This document shows positions 13,421 to 24,800 of a stretch of DNA of 64,000 nucleotides, one piece after another. The stretch spans positions 2,418,001-2,482,000 of the forward strand of contig JAYWIR010000015.1 in assembly GCA_036172245.1 (NCBI GenBank), given 5' to 3'. The stretch is from Raillietiella orientalis (Eukaryota). The notes beneath the pieces are model-generated. The model searched no databases, had not been told where the DNA came from, and saw only the letters and a program-made list of their open reading frames with translations. The stretch's first letter is position 1. Every line of letters starts with the position of its first letter. A program made the translations under genes and the position numbers.

Positions 13421-16400
13421 GAAGGATGACAAAAAGTGGCAGCATCAAACATGTTGGTTACCTCAACCTTCGTGAAGAGCGTAAATGTAGTCCTCGGGAG
13501 ACGTGTAACTTGAAGGCTCTGAACAACATTCAGGGTCCAGAGATCGCCTGGACGATAGCTTTCTCTTACTCGTGTCGTGAACATCTCAGTGGCATCCTGG
13601 ATGGCTAGACGCAGACCCCACCCATACCCTGCACTCTATTGCAAGCGAAAAAGATCAAATCTCAGATGATATTGCGTATCAGAAGCTCTTCCTCCGCTAA
13701 CAAGCCACCTTCCCCCTCTCCTCATCACAGCTGAGACGTCCGACTCCCAAGCAACTGGCTTCTTCCGGGTGGGCGTCGGCGGCTGGAACGCCGTCCTCCC
13801 GAGTACCCGGTACTGTTCCATGAAGTCTCTGCCCGTTTAGAGCCCTTCATCGCTAGAAAGTGTCAATCTTTCTCTTATTCCTTGTGGTAACTCCTCCTGG
13901 TTCCGTTTACTTTTTCCAACTTCTCTCGAACGATGACCATGGTTCTCCTGGAGGGACTGAGGGGCATGTGAGTTGGGGAATATCCAACTCGGAACTGAAC
14001 GAAGGAAGAAGACCTGATGACGACGGCTCCAGAGACAACAAGCAGCGCTTCAGAGCCAAAGCATGAATCATGTTTCTTCCCGCATGGCGGTAGTCGCAGC
14101 GAATCCGCTTCTTTCTTGAGTGTCCTCCGCAGAAGGAAGGAAATGGAGGAAGCCAGGGAAAGGCAATCTTGCGGTATCTGTTCCGAAAGGGATTAAGAGG
14201 CGGCTGGTGAATTTTCCAGCTGAAGATGGCAGAGGGAGAAGGCAGCAACTCTTTCTCTTGTCTTCATACACTCCAATGAACCTTTTTCCTCCTTTCCCTC
14301 CTCCTCCTCATCATCATCCTTCTTTCGTCACCATTCACCATCGTGGGCAAATCTCTAAGCTTCTTTTCTTTGCTTTTTTTGGTTGATGATACAGTTCGCA
14401 ATTCTTAGAAGACTGTGACGTAGTGTTCCGTAAAATGTATCTTTGTTGAGGAGGGCGCACGCGCAAGGAGAACCGCCGTCCGTTTTAACTGACGCTCCGG
14501 GACTTTCGCCAGCTGGCCGTCTCTGGTCTCATCCAGCTAGACGAATGGGAGAGTTGCTCCGGAACCTGCGTGCCTTCGTTCCATTTCCCACAAACACGCG
14601 CGCGCAGGGTTCCTGTTCCCTCTGAGGCAGCCCAACCGCCTTCCAGATCTCCTGGAAGATACCCATGTCCGTCGTTGGGACGTGAATGTGCCAAGGGGTC
14701 GCTTGTCTCGATGCAGGGGAGGGATCGCCTTTGTCCTTAGCTGATTCGCTCTTTACTGAGAGTTCTGCCTGCTTTCCTGGAAGTCACCGGACTCCTTTTG
14801 ATCTCCTGGAGAGGGAGCTAACACCCTCGAATCTTCATTACTCACGGAGAGCTTCCGACTCCCAGGTCACTAAGCGTCCAGATGGCAGCCACGCATGGCA
14901 TTCGGTGAAACTCAGGTCCAGCCTCCGGACAGGAGAAGCAGCCTTCCAGGGTCTCGCCCAACCCACCACCTGGTCACCGGTGTTCTCTCCCTCTCTCGTC
15001 AGTTTGCTTCCCTTTTTCCTTCCAAAAAGGAACCACGTACCCAAGAGAATGCCTGGAGCGCGTCTCGAGTGGCTGCTCAAGAGCGGCCTCGTGAGTTCCT
15101 CTTTCGTCCTGATTGTCTCTGCTTACCTGATCTCCCCTTGACTCCTTCCTCGTTACTTCAGAAACCAAGAGGAACCTCGTGATCCTTATTTGTTTCAACT
15201 TCTCTTTTCCTCCTCTCGCAGCTTGAGGGAGAAACGAAATAGACAACCCCGTCACCCTCTCAAGCGGGTGACTCAACTGACTCTATTCTCCCGTCTTTTA
15301 CATAATGAGGATCTCTTTCCGAGAGGGGAGCATTGCGAGGAAAAGGAAAAGAGGATTTCTATACGCGACAACTTCCTACTAGACTACCACTCATGCTGCT
15401 TTTCCTCCTTTCTGATCAACCCTTACTCAGGAGATGCCTCTCAATTCATCTGTCTCGGTTTGACTAGCTGCCTTACTTCTTCCTAATACGTGTTCATCCT
15501 CACTGTTACGATCTTGGGCTCACCCCAGGAACAGCGTAAGGATGCCATGCTGTTCCTGAAACCTCCACCTCGGAATTGGTAGAAGGGGGAGACGAGAAGG
15601 AACTTGAACCTCTGATCGTTACCGCCCTAACACTGAGAGTGCCATACCCTGAGGAAATAACATTCACTCCCCCTTCCTTCAGAACAGCCACACAGACCCG
15701 TCTGCTATCAGTCTCCAAGGTGATCGTCTCCTGGAGTTGCTTTCTTCCCTCGCCTCCTTGCTTTCTCCCCTTTCTTTAAAGAAAATTCCGATGTTGCTCC
15801 ACGACCCTCTCGCTTCCGCCTCAACTGCTCTCCTTTCCTCTTCTTCCTATCCTTTCCCCCCTCCCATCTTTCCTCCCCTTCCTCCTTCATCCTGCACACA
15901 ACGACAAATTGCCTTGATGAAAACTCGAGGCATCTGCGCGTCCGGCTTTTCCGCTCCGTCTGCCGCCTTCCCTTCCCTCCTGCTTCCCCCACCCACTGGG
16001 CGAACGATGAAGCTTCGCAGGGGTAGGATATGGAAGCGCCCTCCTGGCGAACCGGAAGCATGCGAGATCCAGACGCGCGAGAGGTTAGAAAGAGAGAGGT
16101 AAATCTTGCCATGGTTTTCGAGGGAGGCGATCTGGATTCTAGAGGACCCAGCTTCCTCCGTCCTTACCTAGAAATAGAAAAAGGCAAACAAAATGAAAGA
16201 GTGGAGACAGTAGAACCAACGAAGGCTCCTTGGGCCCACAGTAGCCAACGGGGGAAAGTGGTCCAAACTTGTGCCTTCCTCGCAGGGAACACTGAAAGTG
16301 GACTGCTGAGCCACAGCAGGCGGCGGCATTTATAAGTCTTAAGCCACAGTAACCGTTCCTATTTGACCGTCAATCGTGAAGGGATTTAAAGAACGGACAT

Positions 16401-18195
16401 TTCGGAAGGCAGGAGTGCGCACATTTCTTCGGAGCCTTTGCGTCCTGGGAGCATTACGGGGTGAAGACGAAAAGTGAACAGCATCCTGCATTCCTAAGAG
16501 AGACAGGAGCCGTCACAGAATGAGATCCCATAGGCCTTCTCCACCCCGATACGACATGAAAGCGGAACATAGGTGCGACTGACATCAACATATGGTGTCT
16601 TCGGGGCTGATCCCAGTACCTGCCACCGTCGCGTCACATGGATGCAGCTCACCCGGCCAGCTGGAAGCCCATCCTAGGGCGAGAATGAGGAAGCGAAAGC
16701 CTGCCCTGTCTACGATGAAAACTCGGGAAGGCGAAGGGAGGGAGGAAATCGAGGAAGAAAAGGGAAGTGGATAGAAGGACGCACTGACGTGCGCGGATCG
16801 TCTGTCGGTCGAACGGTGTCGAGCGCACGCCTTCCGACTTTCGACCCACGCAAGGGTCTCTTCAAGCATCCCCCCATACAATCTACTGCCACCTCCTAGC
16901 CCATTATCCCTCGTTTCCCTCCTTTACACTTCCTTCTGCGGTATTTCGAGAGGGAAGAAGCACGGTGCCCGCTGATCAATGGGAACTCCAGCCTCAGCCA
17001 AAGGAGCAGCACAGGTGCGGGCAGATACTGCGGCAGGGGCGGCGTATGATCACGGATCGATGTGACCCGTGGTAGTTCGAACTCTCCATCTCTCTGCCTC
17101 CTTTGGGAGGAATTTCGACATAGAAGTGTCAACAGAGGAAGAAGAGAGGAAATTCCTCAGAAACCAACCGGGACAAGAGAGATAGGGCTTCATGAGGCGG
17201 AGAAAGACAGCTCCTGGCTACTCTCCACCATCCCCTCCTCGTCGTCTCTGTTTGCTCTCGAATTGCCTTGAGGAGCGCATCTGACCACGGTTCACAGTCT
17301 CCGAAAAGAAATAAGACCAAAAACAGATAAACAAGGGTAGGGAGGAGAAAATGCACTGGGGAATCCTCCGTTCCTGGGGAGTTTAACGCGATATTCCGGA
17401 AGTAAGGGAAGAAGAGATCTTCTCATTAAAGCGGTCAGCGCGGATGAGAGGAGGGTCCTTGAAAACGCGCCCGTTCCTCCACAGAGCAGCGGGAAGGAGA
17501 AGGGAAAGGAAGGAACGGAAAATAGGAAGAGAATGGGTTGGAGTGGAGAAAGGGAAGCATTAATGACACCTCTTCCTCTCTGAAGGCCCTTGCCCTGACT
17601 CGCCTACTTCTTCTCCTCTTTCTTGTCTTCTTGCTGTTTCGGTAGAGGGCGCCTCCATTCGTCTTTGGCGTTTTTTGGTACGTGAGGAAGGTCGAAAGGA
17701 AAGCAGGAGAGAGACTTCTTCCGGTTGAAGATCTCCCTCCCTTCTTCCGTTTTTCCTTTTCTGGAGAGAAATCGTTGGGAACACGATTCGCAATCGTGCG
17801 CGCCTGCCAATCCTTAGCCTTTGCGCTGACCATCCATTCATCCCCTCCGTCAACCTCCCAAATTCCCTCCCTCTTCCATCCTCCTCGTTCCTTTCTCCTC
17901 TTGTCAACCCTAAGGCATCTGCGATTGAGAGAGGCTCCTTGGGTTGCCATTGAACGCCGTCTCCTCGGAATCGCGACCTTACCCAGGTTGCCGGTCCCTT
18001 TGCGCGCGAGCGCCTCCAGGTGGCACGGGTGACCTCCATACTCGTCTCTTTCCACAGGTGAAGTCCGGAGAGGGGAGTGAGGGCACCACCAGTAGCATCA
18101 AGAGAGAGAGGCGGCAACCACGAGCTCCTGGAGCATTTCGCAGAGGGGGTAGCGGCGGGAACTCCTGTCCCCGCTCGGATTGGCGCAGCCGGAGA

Positions 18196-18203
18196 TGACG
18201 TCA
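18196..18203. promoter_or_regulatory. Palindromic CRE (TGACGTCA) about 410 bp upstream of the receptor ATG
   Basis: Exact CREB/ATF consensus. An 8-mer is expected roughly once per window by chance, and a second copy lies at 40767. Confidence 0.2.
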
Positions 18204-18607
18204 GTCTGAACTTCCTTCGTTTCTTGTGCTTCTTCTCGTCTTCCCCTTCGCCTCCTCCTTCGCTCTTCGTCCCTCACTCCCCATCCTCCCAGCTGCTTCC
18301 AGGCCCTGCCCGTTCACCTGTCTCAGCAAACTCTTTCGAACTACGAGGAGGAGATGAAGCAAGGAACAGTGCCTCCCCTGTCGGGGTGGACCAACAATCT
18401 GATGACCTGCTCGGAAGTGACACGAAGGTTCGCTACAGGCCCCTTCTCTGACAGAGACGCATGAGGACGCTCTCCGTCCTCTTCCTCCTCCTCCTTGCCC
18501 GCCCCTCGGAAAGAGGCTCGGTAGTCCTCTGCCTTCTCTCCCCCCCTCCCTCCACCCGTCCCTCTCCCTCCTCCCTCTCGAATCGGAGGACGCAAGCGGG
18601 CAGGAAG

Positions 18608-18869
18608 ATGCCCACTATGGGCGGAGCGTTTGCTCTGAACGACTCGAATGTCACGGTGGACGAGTACCTGGAGGCGGTCCTGGGGAAGAGGCACCTGCCC
18701 TTCCACCTTGCAATCCCGCTGACTATCATTTACCTGTTGATATTCACCTCGGGGATCGTCGGCAACGTGGTCGTCTGCTTGGTCATCCGCCGTCACTCCA
18801 GCATGCAGACTGCCACCAACTTTTACCTCTTCAGCCTGGCGGTCTCCGACCTGATCCTGCTCGTGCTGG
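18608..18869 (+). CDS. CapaR: CAPA-like receptor coding exon 1 (N-terminus, TM1, TM2)
   Basis: MPTMGGAFALNDSNVTVDEYLEAVLGKRHLP...SDLILLVL, ending at donor G|GTGAGT (18870). Confidence 0.9.
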
Positions 18870-21800
18870 GTGAGTGCCGGAAGGGGACAGAAAGAGGGAG
18901 AGACAAGGATAAATGAATTACTCTTGGACTCTCTTCCATAGGAAGAAGGTGAGGGTGGGGGTTAGTGGGGTGCGGGTGACTTCCCTGTCCTCCTCTTCCT
19001 CCACGCGCGGGCAGGTGTTCCCGGCAAGGAGCGTCCAGCCGGTACCATGATCGCTTTCTCTCCCAGGAGAGATGCTGAAGATAAAAGCTCTATCCGGCCC
19101 AGTTTCCATTCCCCTCTTCCTCCCTTCTCGACCCAGGCGAGAAATAGACCTTTTTCTTCTTTCACGTCTGTTCCTCCTCTCCTTCCCGACCGCGATGGGC
19201 AATCAAGGATTCCCAGAGTCTTGAGGAAACGACAGAGGTAAAGCGAAGGGTGTTTTTCCTCCTCTGGAACGGAATACCTCAGGGAACGGAGTAGAGGATC
19301 TCCGAAGACCTCCATGATTTTCTTTGCTCTTTGAAGATGCACACCCTGATCAATAGCAGCTCCCGGGACTAAGGGTATAAATCCCAGGAAGGTCAGCTAA
19401 GGACAGTGCCTGAGGGGAAGGCGGGATTCTCACACTAGAAAAGGAGTTAAGAGGCAGCTTGGCTGCAGGCACTTGCGTTGTGATGGGGACCGGGAAGAGT
19501 CGGCGAAAGTCCCCTGTGTGCCCGAGACATGCGCATCGACCATACCGATCTCGCGACACCGAGGCATCCTTCCTGGGAAGCATCCCGGGTAAGCGAGTAA
19601 CTCGTGGCAGGCATCCATGCAAGTGCAAGTCCTGGATATTCCAGATCTGAGCTGTTTTCTCCTTCTCCTTGACCACCCTACCTCTCCGAATCTCCCCACG
19701 CCGTTTTTCACGGCGCTTCCGTCTCCTTGAACCGAGGTTGGGTCGGGTCGAAGCACTTTTGGACAAGGGGAGACAAAATTGGAATCCCGAAAGCGAGCGA
19801 TGAATTTCAAGGAAGAGAAATGAACGCTGGGTTCGGGTCAACGATTTTCGAGGCCTTGTAGACCCCCTATGCAGCCCCTTTATCCCATTCCCCCCCTCTC
19901 AGAATATCTTTTCATCCGGAGAAACGGATCCTTCTGAGGACAAGCGGAGGAAGGAGGAGAAGGGTTTGATCCACAAGGTGGAAGAAGGAATTCAACGGAA
20001 GAGGCACGGAACGGAGCCGCGGTCTCCTTTAGAGTCTTCATGGCAACCGTCAGCCGTCAGAGCTTTAGCAGCTGCTTGCTGCTATCACTGCTGCTAGAGA
20101 AAAGGGCGTGGAAGGCCATCCACACCGGCCCTGGGGCGTGGGCGCAGACGGAGAGCTAGTGAGACGGAACCACTCTGAAGTCCCGATCAGGATGATGGTG
20201 GTGGTGGCTCTTTGAGATGGCGCCATCAACTGGAAGTAGCAGCCCCAGCAAAAGTAGTACCGTCCTCAGCAGCAACGGCGCCAACGAATCGACGGCGCAC
20301 CGTAGCCAACACTAGCGATACTACGATAACGGTATTAAAGTGCAAGGACAGCAATAACTGACTAGCAGTTGATAATAATTATTACAAGCATGATAGATAG
20401 TGAAAAGTAGTAATCGCAATAATAACAGAAGTAATAATTGTAACAAATCTTTGTAACAACGGTGGCAATGAGAATAGTGATGATGGAATAACAAAAAGAG
20501 TAGCGAAATGTAATGATGATGACAGTAATGTGTCATAATAACAAGTAATACTGAGAATAAGAATAATGTGAATATCTGGCCCGTGTTGGTGTCGATGTGG
20601 GCTGCGTTCTCCGCGCGTGGTACCAAGCGTGGTGGGTTCGAATCCCCACTTGGAGGATCGACGCTAGAGAAATGGGGGGTGCGTCCTGAGTTTCAAGTTC
20701 CCTTCCTCAAGATGACGCTGTTTGGCCCGTAGACTTTAGCACTAGTGGAAGCCGAATGCCCCTGTTGAGTGGCGGGGATTGGAAGCTGGCTTTCTGGAGT
20801 TCTTCCGGTAATCGAGAAAAGGGTCTTCTTCGGGGTTCCCCTACGGTTGCGAAAATGAAGCCATCCGCGGGACTGTTCGGAACCTCTCTCGGGGGGTGCC
20901 TCTCCGAAATGCAAGAAGCTCACTGCTCCCTTCGGGAGAGCCCTTCAGCGAGAATTCGGAAGCGTCCCTTCGGGGTTTTTCTTCAGAGGAGAAACAAGGA
21001 TCGCATCCTTTCCGGGAGTCCCTCCGGAGAAGAAATTCCAGGAGTTCCAGGCTCCCTTCGGAGAAGAAATGAGGATTGGACCCCTCCAGAGAGAAGAAGG
21101 AAGAAGTTTTCTCTGCGGTTCCCTCCCAAGCGTAAGAGGAACGGACCTCTTTCTTCGGAGCCTCTCCTGGATTCCAGTTTGAATGATAATGATGATTTAT
21201 AATGATGTCAGAAATAGTAGTAAGGTTAATAATGTTGACGAGGGAGATATGACAGCAAGAAAATAATAGGCTCGATAATGATAGTGACAATAATCGTAGA
21301 AATAACAATAAATGCAATAATGATGATAGCAATGATAGTAATAGAGGCCTAATATGGCGATGATGATTTGAAGTGCCTCACCCATCATTCAGTCCACTAG
21401 AAGAAACTGAGTGCCCTTCCCGCAGTCAACCTCTGGGGCTATCCTTCCCGCTCAGCGCTCGCGCGTGAGCACATTGCCTCAGGCGAATTCATCCACTTCC
21501 GCATCCTTCGCCATTCCCCTCTCCCTCCCGTATGGCGTGCACTCCGCAATGCGCACTGCTGGAGGGGAACCTCGTGGACATGTCGGAACCCTGCGGGGCA
21601 GCGAGAGGCCTCAGGGTGACCAGCCAGTTCTCCTCCCTTCTACCATGGATCGTTCCGGGATCGTTCCGGGAGACCTCAAAGATGGTCCATACTTCCGGAT
21701 CTATTCGGATGCCTTGAACTGCAGCTTCCCGAGGAGGACAGGAAGGGGCGAAAGCGAAAAGTCTCTCTCTCTGCTCCTATTCTCAGAGTAGCCCTTCCCC

Positions 21801-24800
21801 CTCTCCTTCCTGCTCCCTGCGTCCTGGACTTATCCTCCACCCCTTTTCTCATCCTTATGTCCTCTTCCTGACCCGGAGTTCCCCTCCTCCCAGGAAACGT
21901 GGTGCTGATCGTGGCGATCCCAAACGAGGAGCAGTCCGCGGTACCCGGTCGTCGCGATGGAGATGGCTTCCATTGGATCTGGGGGCACTGAGGATCTCCT
22001 CGCTCGGAAGCCCTTCCGCACCCTCTTTTCCTGTTCCTTCCCCTAGACCACTTGCCCTCGGGTGCCGCGCGTCTCCTTTCCCTATGGTTCAAGAAGGACC
22101 GAACGCGGGGGCAGGAAGGGACTTGTGCACCCGTACCCAAAGGGCGGACCGGCCGTCTCAAGCGGGAGTTCCCCAAGGACCCGGCTGCGGCTCCACGAAG
22201 AGAGCGGTCGGATCTTCCCAAAGAACTCGCCTCTCCTCTCGCTTTAGGACACACTGCCTCCTTTATTCCTGATCTCTTCCGACCGAGGATGACTTCAGAG
22301 ACCGTTTTCTGCTTCCAGGTCTCCCATACGACTTGAAGGCATATTGGCAGCAGTACCCCTGGCTGTTCGGGGAGTTCCTGTGCAAGGTCAGAGCCTTCAT
22401 GGCGGAAATGTAAGTGTATGGATTTTCGAGGGCGCTCTTTTTCGGCTCTACTCCCGCGTTCCTACTTCATCCTTTCCTCGGGTCCAGGTTACGGAGGGGA
22501 GCAACGAAACCCCTCCTTCCGCCGAGCTCTCCTCCGGTCTAGGGAGATGTGGCGTCTTTACTGAGGCCAATATCCCACGGCCTGGAAAGGGTAGCGGAAA
22601 AAGGAAAATGGGAAGAGGGGGAAGAAAGTACCCTCTATCCGACTTTTGTTCCATTCCCCTGCGCCAAGTTCCCGCTTTCCTCGCAAACCCGAATTCCAGG
22701 ACGTGCAGAATCAGCTGATGATACTCAGGTGGCTCTGATCTTTTCATCAGAGACGGGTCTGCTTTGCCTACGTGGGAGAGGAGAGAAAGGGTCATATTGA
22801 GGGTGCCTCGATGTTCGAAAATGAGGTTAAGGATGCTGTCGCTACTTGCTTGAGAGAATGAGTTCCTGCGAGGGAGCTAGAGACCAGTGGTTAGTCATTT
22901 GGCGGGAAGATGACACCAGTGGCGCGGCGTGCGCCGCCGATGAAAGGCAGAGAGGAGCCCCTTCGTGGCGGACGGTTCTTCCTCCCAAGGAAGATGGAGA
23001 AAAAAGGATTTGTAACCGAAGAGTGATCGGCTGAAAGAGAGGACGAAACGACTTTGGAGGATCCCTGGATATCCAGGAACGAAACTCGAGAGGAGAGCCC
23101 CAAAGTTAGCCGCCCGGGATGCACAGGGGACGTGCTCGATAAAATCCTTCCCCCGTGCCAGGAAGTGCGAAGCCAGGAGAGGGGCAACGCGGCCGAGATC
23201 TCCCATCAAATCATTAGAGAGGAAGATTTTCATTTGTTTGTCACGAGGAATGGGAAAGACGGAGGGAGTGAGGGGAAAGGGAGAGCAGAAACAAGGGTAG
23301 GAGATAAGGGCGCTTTCGCTCCAAGAGACGATCCCAGGTCCTCGAAGAGATTGTGGAGCTGATTGTTCTCTCTACTGAAGCCCACAGATCTCCGAGAGCT
23401 TTCATCTCAGGACAGAAGAAGATCAAAGGAAACAGGACAAGTCGGTCTGTCTCCTTTCCTTGAGAACGGAGCCGACAGGCCGGGAAGGGGAGAGCCGGCC
23501 AGAGAGCTGGATGTAACTCGGAACACTCCTCGGCGGGCCCCCCTGTCGGAATGGAGGCGGAATCTTGAATCTGGAGCCCCTTCCTACTACAGGAAGATCC
23601 GCTCACGCGCGGGAAGGAGGGAGAGAAAGATAGGGGTTAAGGAGCGGGCACGAGGGGGTCGAGGACGCAACCATTTGGTCGACTTCGCGCTCTAGAGCAC
23701 GCGTCGACGAAGGAGGAGTGAGAATTCTGGAGGAGCAAGTGTCGCAGACGCTCAAGGAAGCACCCGTCGCGTGATGAGGAGACGAAAGGGACGAACGAAA
23801 GGAAGAAAGGGAGAAGGGGGTGGAAGGAGAAAGCGCAGGGACTGGGAGCGTCGCATGGATACAGAAAAGGAACCACGAGAGGGGAGTTCCTTGCAGGTAC
23901 GGATATCTACCTTTCCGGATCTACCGGGTCCCTACCTTCTCCGTTTCTCTGCATTTCCTGCCAACAAGAGAGAGACAACACCCATCCTCCTTTTTTTGCC
24001 TTCATCCCCTTTCTCTTCCTCCTCTCCATCCCTCTTCTGCCTCCTCCATGCTCTTCACGTTCTGAGATGCTGGGCGGATTTCATTCCCTGGAAAATCCGA
24101 CACAGAAAGAAAAAAAAATCTCCAAAAAAGGAAGCTGGAAAGAGGGCGGGAGGATAGGGCTCAGAAAATGGAAGAGGGAGGAGGCGGGAGAACTGTCAAA
24201 TATCTTGATCAAATCGATCCCGAGAGAAGAAGGAGAGAGGGAGGGATGCAATCATCTGGTAGTCTTCAAGACCATCTCCTAGAACCGAAAGGCAAAGGAA
24301 GAAAGCGAAGAGGAGAAATGGCTTCTCTATGGGAGCTGCATTACAAGTCTACTGGATCGTGATGATCTTCCCAGCTTTTCTCATCTTCTCTCCTCCTGTT
24401 TTCCCTTTTGTTCCGCCTTTGCGCGGGCATCTCTTTTGTCTGTTCGTTTGTTTGTTCCCCAGTAGGATTCGAAGGGGATCTTCGCCACATCTGATGGGAA
24501 CCCGGCTGCGTTGATCCTGGAATGGCCTAAGGCACCTATCTAGGTATGGCACGTCAGGAAGACGCGTCCCTTCTTCCCTCGTTCCTCCTCCTTACTTCTT
24601 TCTGCCTCCTTCGGCATGTTTGGCTTCCTCGTCACGTGACAATCTTGGTCTCCTCCTCCCCGTTTTCGTTCCCCTGTCGTCATTCCTTCCCTCCGCGCTA
24701 ATCCTCGATGATTGTATGGAGCTTGCTGCCTTTTCAACCAGCAGTTATCACCCTCCAGGAGCATCCATTGCACGCAGGACTTGCTCACGTACTTCCTCGA

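Noticed and set aside
20577..20650. Possible intact tRNA gene
   Set aside because: The B-box is present, but I could not form acceptor or anticodon stems, so it is treated as a SINE-like head instead.
20920..21100. Spaced short repeats resembling a CRISPR-like array
   Set aside because: Units are degenerate with irregular spacing in a eukaryotic intron, and there are no cas-like genes; this is a minisatellite.
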